A stretch of 64,000 bases of DNA from contig NC_045697.1 of assembly GCF_009834535.1 (NCBI RefSeq), positions 85,872,001-85,936,000 on the forward strand, written 5' to 3'. Positions 53,759 to 64,000 of the stretch are shown piece after piece (positions within the stretch are counted from its first letter, which is position 1; the number at the start of each line of letters is the position of its first letter). The stretch is from Camelus ferus. Lineage: Eukaryota. A model generated the notes under the pieces. That model saw only the letters and a list, made by a program, of their open reading frames with translations, had not been told where the DNA came from and searched no databases. The translations under genes were made by a program, and so were the position numbers.

Positions 53759-54301
53759 ACCATAAGAGTCCTTACTCTCACCCTTTAAAGTCAAAACCAT
53801 TCACTCTCCAGACCCACTCCTAAACCCTAACAACCACTACTAAATTCTCTATCTCTATATTTTGTCAGAAGGATTTGTAAGTGGAATCATATAGCATGAG
53901 AACTTTTGGAATTATTTAACTCAGCATAATGCTCTTAGAGCCATCCAAGTTTTACATGTATTAACAGTTCATTCCTTGATATTGCTGAGTAGTATTCTAT
54001 AATATGGATAATACTAGAGTTGGTTTTTTTTTTTTTTAATCTTTTGTATAGTTTCTAGTTTAGGGCTCTTGTGATTAAAATTGCTATGAACATTTGTGTG
54101 CAAGGTCCTGCATGAAAATAAATCTTCATTTCTCTAGAATAAATGCCCAGAAGTACACCTGCTGCATCTTATGGCAAATCCAGTTTTAGTTTTGAAAATA
54201 ACTGCCAAGTTATTTTCCAGCATGGCAGTACCATTTACATTGTCCTCTGCAGTGTATCAGGGATGCAGCTCCTCCAATTCTTTGTCAGCATTTGGTACCA
54301 A

Positions 54302-54958
54302 TGTTAGAGCAGGGAGACAGCTAGATATGAGCAGAGAAAGGGGGATACAGACCAAATGGCAGGAATTGGGCAGAAAGGAGGGGCACAGGCCAAATGCAGG
54401 AAACCACACATCATGTAAGCAGCAGGGATCCTTGGGCAGAGAAAGAAAAGCAGGAACCTTGGGGCTGATGAGGCATCATGCCTTTTGGGATGACAAGTGG
54501 TCTGGAGAAGAACAAAGAAAGGTGAGAAAAGGCAGGAATTTCTAGTGTCCGAATGTAACCTTTTGCTCATTATGCCTCATTTCAATAAAATTAGCCTTGC
54601 AGATCAGAAGTACCCATCATGCACCGACGCCGTGACACTTCCGATCCAGACTGAATAAGGACAAAAATCCCTCCTCCCTTCGGGAAGGTGGAGTTGGGAT
54701 GATAATCAGGGAATACGACCCCAAACCCTTCCCTCCCTAGTGAATATTCCACCCATTCATTTTTACACCCTATGTAACTGACTTGCTAAAGAAACTCAGG
54801 GCAGCCGCTCACCTGAGCTTGCCCACTCTCCCCTGAGAGTGTTCTATCCATCCTTTAATAAATTTTCACTTTACCTTTTTTAACCTCTCAGTCTTGTCTC
54901 TGAATTCTTTCTGGGACGGGACAAGAACCTGGAACACCGGTTGCATCTATCGGCAACA
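54302..54958 (+). mobile_element. Relatively young ERV1 solo LTR (MER41-like), 657 bp
   Basis: TGTT...AACA termini, retained CpGs, aataaa at about 54857, gaattctttc...caagaacc near the end; interrupts an old L1. Confidence 0.88.
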
Positions 54959-56958
54959 CTATCACTATTGTGTTTTACTTGAGTCATTCTGATAGGTGTG
55001 TAGTGATACCTTGTAGTTTTAATTTTCATTTCTCTAATAGCTAATGATGTTGAAACTCTTCTCTCTTATTTATCTGCATACCCTCCTTGGTGAAGTGACT
55101 GTTTATGGTCTTTTGCCCGTTTTCTAGTTAGATTGTTTATCTTCTTAACACTGGGTTTTGTTTAACTTCTTAATACTGAGTTTTGAAAGTTTAATACATT
55201 CTAGATGTTAGATCTTTGCTGAATATTTGACTTAGAAATATTTCCTTTCAGTCTGCAGTTTGTCTTTTCATCCTTTTAACGGTGACATTCACAGAGTATA
55301 AGTTTAATTTTAATGAGGTACAATTTATCCGTTTTTCCTCTTATACATCATGCTTTTGATGTCTAATCCTTGCCTAGTTCTAGGGCTTGAGTATTTTTTC
55401 TCCATAATCTTTTCTAGAAGTTTTATAATTTACATTTAACATGTTAAGTCCATGAGTATTTTGAGTTAATTTTTGTGTAAGCTGTGAGGTTTTTTTCTTG
55501 CCAGTTTATGTCCAATTATCTGTTGGCTTTTTAACTTGGTCTTATATCTGGCAAACTTACTGAAATCTGTTATCAGTAATAACAGCTTCTTGTTGATTTT
55601 AGTGCTCTTTTATGTAACATCATAGTCTGAAGATAAGAAGTTTTACCTCTGCCAACATTTACATGTTAGTTATTTTTTCTGGTAGTGTTAGCCAGGACGT
55701 CTCACTCTATTTTAAACTGTTAGTGAGAACTGGCAGCTTCTTCTCTTCTCTCGTCCTTGAGAGATATCATCTCCATTTTCTCCATTAGGTATAATATTTG
55801 TGTAAGGTTTTGACAAATAACTTTTACCACATTAAGGAAGCTCCCTTCTATTCCTAACTTACTTTAAAAATTTATTTAAATAACTGCTGTACCATACCAA
55901 GTGCATTTTCTGTATCATCTGAGATACTTTTTCTCTACTAATATTTTAATATGGTGAATTACTTTGACAGGTTTTTCTGAAGTAAAATTATCCCTGCATA
56001 ACTAAAATAGAGCCTACTTGATCATGTAGTCTGGTCCACACAACTGGATTCAGTTAGCTGATATTTTATTTAAGATTTTTTACCTCTAAGACCGTAAGTA
56101 ACAAATGTCTATAATTTTCTTGCATTACTCTTGTCTGGTTTTGGAATCTTGATTTCATTTGCCTCATAAAATAAGGTAAGCAACTTAGCCTTTTTATTTT
56201 CTATAATAACTTAAGAAAAAAATTACTCAGACTTGAAAAATTAGTAGAAATCATCTGTAAAAATATTTGGGTTTGAGGTATCTTGATTATAATTTCAATT
56301 TACTTAATACTTACTGGTCAACTCAGGTCACTTTTTTTTTTGCCAATTTTGGTGACATTGTTTTCTGTAAGAACCTTCCTTGGATACAGTCTGGTACTTA
56401 ACATGGTGGATCCATAAGAAAGTCAATCCTTCTAGGTCTCTATGTGGATTATATAAGTATTAAAAAAAATTGTCACCATTTTCTCTACCAAGACTCTAGA
56501 AGCATCACCAAGGACATCCTAGGGGTTCTGAATGGACCAGGCATGCCCAAGACCTGCAGGGTCTTACTGGCCTTTAGCTGTTGAAGCATATAGCTAACTG
56601 GCTATAAAAATAACATTTGCTTTTATGCAATTGTCCTAGTGTAGTGTACTCAATATTTTATATCCCCACTAGAGTTAGTTTCCAAATCTGTTTCCTATTT
56701 TCCACAACTTGCTTGTCCTGGCTGCCTTAATATTTACCTTTTCTTAGTTTACTTTTCATAGATTATTTACTGCTAGCAATCAATAACTTTCCTCTAGACT
56801 CTAAAATATCTTTTGCCTCTCATTGTATCTGGAGAGTTGCAATTTAGCAAGCTTTGAAAGGTTCCCAGTTGGAGAAGGGATACAATTTAGGTGTGATTGC
56901 CTTCGATTCTTATCTGTCTGCCCTAATCATTGCCTATCCTTCAACTCTACTCACTTAT

Positions 56959-56981
56959 CAAAAAAAAAAAAAAAAAAAAAA
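56959..56981 (+). repeat. Poly(A) tract
   Basis: Run of about 23 A with no recognisable attached element. Confidence 0.9.
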
Positions 56982-57943
56982 GTAATAATTATTTAAAAGA
57001 ATAGTTTTCTTCAAAGCAAATTACTTCTCTTCAAATTCTCATTTTTCTGTTAGGATAATTGACTACCATACCAGTTTGTCTGCTGACACAGTAGCTTGTA
57101 TTTACCTCATTATTTATCACCTGAAATCAGGCTAATGGCACCATATTTCTCCTGGGGATTCCCTCAGACAAAAAGCCACATGTAGTACAAAGGGGATTTG
57201 TAGGTATGCATATTTACATAGTCTGTTTTACAGTAAAAAAACAAACAAAAAACCCCCACTACACACAATTTAAATAGTATTGCTTAAATGGCACCGTATA
57301 AGTAAATTTCAGCACATTAAGCATTATCAAACTGCAGTCAGACTCCTAGCACATGGTAAAATTCTCCTAACTGCCACTCAACACACTGGATCATTCATAA
57401 AACAAAGAAATGGTAAATAAAATAAAAGGACTATAGCTAAACAGAGAACTGGAGTCCTTACGACCTTTTATTTTCTGTTCTCTGATCTCCTGGATAGAGT
57501 TTCTCTTGAATAAACATTAAGAAAGAAACTGATATCATCATCCACTGATTCAAAATTTTAAAATATTGCTTATTTTCTATCAATAAAATATATTATAAAA
57601 TGTTCAATATTACTGATAATCACTCATTTAAAATTTTATTAAATATAGTCTACAATTGATAGGCACTTTGCTTAATTCTAGAAACTCAAAGATGAACACA
57701 TCATTTTTTCTGCCTTCAATGATCTTAAATACTAATTAAGAAAAGAAGCTAAGGAATATTTTTGATGGTGTTCTGTGTTTCTAAAATAAAACGGAGTGAC
57801 AAAGCATCTACAAGTTTATTTCCTCATGGAAACTATGAATTTAAGATAATCAGAATTGAGCAGCTATGCATCTTAATTTGGTTTAAAAAAAAAAAGTGCA
57901 GAGAGTTTGTCTCCCACCACTGATGCAAAAAACAAGAGCATAA

Positions 57944-60900
57944 GGATGGTAGTTCAAGATGGTGGTAAAGGAAGTTCCTGAACTCACATCCTTCTACAGA
58001 CACACTAAATCTACAGTTACATATGGAGCAGTTCTTGCAGAAAAAGACCTGAAAACTAAGAACAGCTCCTTCACAACAAATGGTAAAAGGGCCACTCAGA
58101 TGAGAAGAAGCAAAGATGTAGTCTTGCCAAAAACTCCACCTCCAGTACAACTCCTAATTGGGAGGTACCTCACCATTCCAGGATTTCACCCTGAGAAATG
58201 AGAATTTTATGCCCACATCTGGCACCCCAACCCTTGGGACATGCAATGGAGAGACAGGCCCCCAAACGTCTGGCTTTGGAAGCCACACGGCTCACATCCA
58301 GACCTGAAGAGCTACAGGGAGCTATGATACTTCCCTTTAAGGGCTCAGTACAAACTCATTTGCTGCAGGGACCAGTGCAAAAGCAGCAGTTTGAAAAGCA
58401 CCTAAATTATTTGTGAAAAAAAATTCATTTGCTAATCTTGAAGCATCTGCCAGAGGGCAAGGATCTGTCTGGACTCTCTAGAGATTGAGGCTCTGGTGGC
58501 TGCCATTTTTGAACTCCCTTTTCACTTTGATAGTGCAGATGGATGTGCCCCAGTCTTGGGCTCCCCATGGCTACATGAAAACCAGAGGGCATGCCGCAAC
58601 CCTGTGCTCCGCTGTGGTCTCACAAAAGCCAGCAGGTGCACCCCAGCCCTGTACTCCCCCGCTGTCCTTGGAAACCTGGATGGCGCACCTGGATGTGCAC
58701 GCTCCTACTGCCTCACTTAAGTCGGCAGGTTAAATACACACAAGAAATGCTTCTTAATTCCTCTGGTTCTGGCGACTGGAGGGGCTTATGTTCCTGGGTC
58801 CCACAGGACAGTAACAATCAGACAGTTTGTTAGCAGGCCACCATTACAGGGCAATACAAAGATAGACTTAAACACATCCCCAGTCCTGTGAAAAAGGCCT
58901 TTTGACTGAATTCTGGAACTTCAGCCTGAGGGGCAGAATTCAGGTTTGTCAGGCATCTAGAAGCTACAGAGCTGCTCTCAAAGAACATCGGTGGAGGGGC
59001 ACCATCTCTGCACTCTCCCTTCACCTTGCTACGGCTCACTGGCACTGACCAGAAAGGAGCTTATAATACAGTCATCTGACACCCAAATTTCTGCACTCTT
59101 ACTCAGGGTACACCTCCAGATTGCCTGCCCTGGAAGCCATGAGGGTTTATAAATACAGTTCCACAAGACTATTTATTTGCTTATTTTAAAAGCTGCTGCC
59201 TGAGGATCTGGCTTCCAGTCAACCTAAAACTAGGTTCTAACTGAGATTTCTCCCTTTGAAACACTGACAGATCTTGGCACACCCTCAACTGGCACCTATC
59301 AAGAATAAATCAGGCTGCTTAGACAATCACAAGGATTTGAGAGACAATCTACAGTTAGGACAGACTTTAAAGATAAGGTTTATCTCCTTCAAGCCACTCC
59401 TTCAAGACAGGGAGAGGTTGCTTTTTTGTCTAATACACAGAAACAAACACAGAATGTCAAACAAAGAGAAAACAGAAGTATATTCCAAAAGAAAGAACAA
59501 GATAAAACCTTAAAAAAAAAACCCCAAAAAACTTGAAAACAGAATCCAACACATAAAATGGATCATACACTAGGATCAAATTGGGTTCATCCCAGGGACA
59601 CAAGGATGGTTCAACATATGCAAATCAATCAATGTGATACACCACATCAACAATAGTACAAAAATTATATGATCATTTCAATAGATGCAGAAAAAGCATT
59701 CAATAAAAATCAATGCCCAATTACAATAAAAACTCTTACCAAAGTGAGTGTAGAGGGAACATGTCTCAACATAATTAAAAGTATTTGTGATAAACCCACA
59801 GCCAACATAATACTCAATGGTGAAGTTAAAAGTCTTCCCTCTAAAATCCGAAACAAGACAAGGATGCCCGCTCTTACCACTTCTAGTCAACATATTCAAA
59901 GTCCTAGCCATAGCATTTAGACCAAAAAAAGAAGAAATAAAAGAGATCCAAACTGGAAGAGAAGAAGTAAAACTGCCACTATGTGCAGATGACATGATAC
60001 TATATATAGAAAACCCTAAAGGCTCCACTCAAAAACTATTAGAACTGATAAAAGAATTTGGCAAGGTAGCAAGATACAAGATTAACATACAGAAATCTGT
60101 TGCATTTCTTTAAACTAACAATGAAATGTCAGAAAAGGAAAGTAAAGAAATAATTCCTTTTAAAATCGCATCTAGAAAAATAAAATACTTAGGAATAAAT
60201 CTGACCAAGGAAGTGAAAGACATATGCAGAGAACTACAAAACACTGATTAAGGAAATTAAAGATGACTTTAAAAAAATGGAAAGATATCCCATGTTCTTG
60301 GATTGGAAGAATTAATATCATTAAATGCCCATACTACCCAAAGCCATCTACAGATTTAATGTAATTCCTATCAAATTACCAAATTAGCCAAATAAGAAAT
60401 GTTATAGGAACTTCTTTAAGCTGAAGAGAAAGGGCATTAATTAGTAACAGAAAACATGAAAATATAAATCTCACTAGTAATGATAAATATATAGTAAAGT
60501 TAGTGGATTAATCACTTATAAAGTAGTATGAAGGTTAAATGCAAGAGTAGTAAAAATATAACTACAGTAATCAATTAAGGAATATTCAAAACAAAAAGAT
60601 GTAAAATGTGACATCAAAAATATAAAACATGAGTGGGGGAGTAAAAATGTTGAGTTTTACAATCATGTTCAAACTTGAGTTACTACCAACTTAAAATTGA
60701 CTTTTATATATAGGCTGTTACATGTGAGCCTCATGGTAACCACAAAGCAAGTGTAGTAGATACACAAGAAAATAATAAGAAATATAAGCATAACACTAAA
60801 GAGTTTCATCAAACTGCAAAGAAGCAAGAAAAGAAGAAAGAGAGCTACAAAACAGCAAGAAAATTAACAAAATGGCACTAAGTACCATTTCTATCAATAA

Positions 60901-61836
60901 TTACTTTGAATGTAAATAGACTAAATTCTCCAATCAACAGACTCAGGGTGGCTGAATGGATTTTTTTTAATGCCCCATATATATACACGTGTGTGTGTGT
61001 GTGTGTGTGTGTATATGTATGCTTTCTACAAGAGACTTACCTCAGATGTAAGGACACACATGAACTAAAAGTGAAGGGATGGAAAAAGATGTTTCAAGCA
61101 AATGGAAACCAAAAGAAAGCTAAAGTAGCCAGATTTATATCAGGAAAAAAACAGACTTTAACAAAGACTGTAATAAAAGACAAAAGGCATTACATAATAA
61201 TAAAGTAGTCAATCCACCAAGAGAATATTTGTCAATATGTATGTACTCAACCTAGGAGCACCTAAATATATAAAGCAAATACTAACAGACTTAAATGGAG
61301 AAACTGACAGCAGTACAATAGTAGGGAAACTTAATATCCCATTATCACCAATGGCTAGCTCTTCTAGACAGAAAATCAACAAGGAATTATCAGCCTTATA
61401 TGACACATTATACCAGATGAACCTAACAGATACACACAGAACATTCCATTCAAAAGCAGAATACAAATTCTTGTCAACTGCACATGGATCATTCTCCAGG
61501 ATAAATCAAATGTCAGGACACAAAATAAGTGTCAATAAATTTAAGAAGACTGAAATCATATCAAGCATCTTTCCCAACAATAGCAGTATAAAACTAGAAA
61601 TCAATTACAAGAAGGAAACTGGAAAATTTCACAAATATATGGAGATTAAACAGCATGCTACTGAACAATCAGTTGATCAACAAAGAAATCAAAGGAGAAA
61701 TAATGTATCTTGAGACAAGTGAAAATGGAAATGCAATTTACCAAAATCTATGGGGTGCAGCAAAGGCAGTTCTAAGAGGAAATCCATAGCAATTCAGGCC
61801 TACCTCAAGAAACAAGAAAAACTCCAAATAAATAAT
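57944..61836 (+). mobile_element. 5' half of an older full-length L1: long 5'UTR (57944 to about 59450), ORF1 start, ORF1 end/inter-ORF region and ORF2 endonuclease domain (60385-61836)
   Basis: ttcaagatggtgg 5' start; EN motifs NVNRLNSPINR..LQETYL..KVKGWKK and APKYIKQILTDL; most of ORF1 missing; (TG)n at 60989-61012. Confidence 0.85.
59537..60380 (+). mobile_element. Tailless L1 ORF2 RT fragment occupying the place of ORF1
   Basis: [17 protein letters not shown] and ADDMILY motifs; truncated at both ends, no poly(A) or TSD. Confidence 0.85.
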
Positions 61837-64000
61837 CTATGTTGAATAGGAGTGGTGATAGTGGGCATCCTTGTCTTCTCCCAGATTTTAGTGGGAAGCT
61901 TTTGAGTTTTTCACCATTGAGTACTATGCTGGCTGTAGGTTTGTCATATATAGCTTTTATTATGTTGACATATGTTCCCTCTATATCCACTTTGGTGAGA
62001 GTTTTTAACATAGACTTGGAAGTCCTAGCCACAGCAATCAGACAAGAGAGAGAAATAAAAGGTATCCAAATTGGAAAAGAAGAGGTAAAAGTGTCACTAT
62101 ATGCTGACGACATGTTACTATATATAGAAAACCCTAAAAGATCCACACAAAAACTACTAGAGCTGATCGAAGAATTCAGCAAGGTAGCAGGTTACAAGAT
62201 TAACGTTCAAAAATCAGTTGCATTTCTTTACACTAATGATGAATCAACAGAAAAAGAAAGTAAAGAAACAATCCCCTTTAAAATAGCACCCAAAGTAATA
62301 AAATACCTAGGAATAAATCTAACCAAGGAGGTGAAAGAATTATACACAACTATAAACCATTGATGAAGGAAATTAAAGAAGACTTTAAAAAATGAGAAGA
62401 TATCCCATGCTCTTGGATTGGAAGAATCAATATTGTTAAAATGGTCACACTGCCCAAGGCAATCTACAGATTTCATGCAATCCCTATCAAATTACCCAGG
62501 ACACATTTCACAGAACTAAAACAAATCATAATCAAATTTATATGGAACCATCAAAGACCTAGAATTGCCAAAGCAGTACTGAAGAGAAAGAAAGAGGCTG
62601 GAGGAATAACTCTCCCAGACTTCGGACAATACTATAGAGCTGCAGTCATCAAGACAGCATGGTATTGGAACAAAAACAGACATATAGACCAATGGAACAG
62701 AGCCCAGAAATGAACCCACAAATTTCTGGTCAACTAATCTTCGACAAAGGAGGCAAGACTATACAATGGAATAAAGACAATCTCTTCAGCAAATGGTGTT
62801 GGGAAAACCGGACAGCAGTATGTAAAATAGTGAAGCTAGAACACTCCCTTACACTATACACAAAAATCAACTCAAAATGGATCAAAGACTTAAACATAAG
62901 ACAAGATACAATAAACCTCCTAGAGGGAAAATACAGGCAAAACATTATCTGACATACATCTCAAAAATTTTCTCCTAGAAGGAATAAAAGCAAGAATAAA
63001 CAAATGGGACCTAATGAAACTTACAAGCTTCTGCACAGCAAAGAAAACCAGAAGTAAAACAAAAAGACAACCTATAGAATGGGAGAACATTTTTGCAAAT
63101 GAAACCGACAAAGGCTTGATCTCCAGAATATATAAGCAGCTCATACGACTTAATAAGAAACAACCAAACAACCCAATCCAAAAATAGGCAGAAGACCTAA
63201 ACAAGCAATTCTCCAAGGAAGACATACAAATGATCAATAAGCACATGAAAAAATGCTCAATATCATTAATTATCAGAGAAATGCAAATCAAAACTACAAT
63301 GAGGTATCACCTCATGCCAGTCAGAATGGCCATCATTCAAAAATCCACAAACAACAAATGCTGGAGAGGCTGTGGAGAAAGGGGAACCCTCCTACACTGC
63401 TGGTGGGAATGCAGTTTGGTGCAGCCACTATGGAAAACAGTGCGGAGATTCCTCAAAAGACTAGGAATAGATTTACCAGATGACCCAGGAATCCCGCTCC
63501 TGGGCATATATCCAGAAGGGACTCTACTTCATAATGACACCTGCATCCCAACGTTCATAGCAGAATTATTTACAATAGCCAAGACATGGAAACAGCTTAA
63601 ATGTCCATCAACAGATGACTGGGTAAAGAAGAAGTGGTATATTTATACAATGTAATACTACTCAGCCATAAAAACCGACAACATAATGCCATTTGCAGCA
63701 ACATGGATGCTCCTGGAGAATGTCATTCTAAGTGAAGTAAGCCAGAAAGAGAAAGAAAAATACCATATGAGATTGCTTATATGTGGAATCTAAAAAACAA
63801 AAACAAACAAAAACACAAAGCATAAATACAGAACAGAAAGTCTCACAGACATAGAATACAAACTTGTGGTTGCCAAGGGGGTGGAGGGTGGGAAGGGATA
63901 GACGGGATTTCAAAATTGTAGAATAGATAAACAAGATTATACTGTATAGCACAGGGAAATATACACAAGATCTTACGGTAGCTCACAGAGAAAAAAATGT
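61837..64000 (+). mobile_element. Young L1 with 5' inversion (61837-62007 inverted), running off the window end
   Basis: Antisense [23 protein letters not shown] segment followed by sense [19 protein letters not shown] to the 3'UTR; a few frameshifts and stops. Confidence 0.95.

Larger units (their letters stand above)
49330..56350 (-). mobile_element. Nest of old antisense L1 fragments (L1ME/MC/MB-like)
   Basis: T-rich antisense ORF2 and 3'UTR; an inner element at about 53250-55518 is flanked by tctgttgact and tctgttggct. Confidence 0.8.

Noticed and set aside
57106..57120. 15-nt minus-strand microexon (ag|GTGATAAATAATGAG|gtaaat)
   Set aside because: Weak polypyrimidine tract and no supporting context
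61805..63655. Long ORFs with reverse-transcriptase motifs as a functional gene or active L1
   Set aside because: The element is 5'-truncated and inverted, with frameshifts and stops; the 174-aa and 125-aa ORFs are artefacts of reading across the inversion

Overview
Repeat-rich mammalian genomic DNA, almost certainly from a camelid, because it carries tRNA-Ala-derived SINEs of the Vic-1 type. About half the window is LINE-1 of several ages, often nested. The rest is L2/MIR relics, MaLR/ERVL and ERV1 solo LTRs, a Tigger1 deletion derivative, microsatellites and unique AT-rich DNA. No intact protein-coding gene is present; most longer ORFs in the track are L1 ORF2 debris or its antisense. The clearest non-repeat signal is an isolated, decayed 91-nt exon on the minus strand (21124-21214). 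It has intact splice sites and encodes part of the RAPGEF5 RasGEF/CDC25 domain, and I found no neighbouring RAPGEF5 exon, so it looks like an unprocessed gene fragment. Also notable: two candidate mRNA 3'-end retrocopies inside L1s, two twin-primed (5'-inverted) L1s, an internally deleted L1 retaining its 5' end, a tailless L1 piece replacing ORF1 of an older L1, a local templated duplication of about 267 bp, and a weak candidate terminal exon. I found no evidence of a novel multi-gene system. Repeat family names come from recalled consensus sequences, and boundaries of old repeats are approximate.
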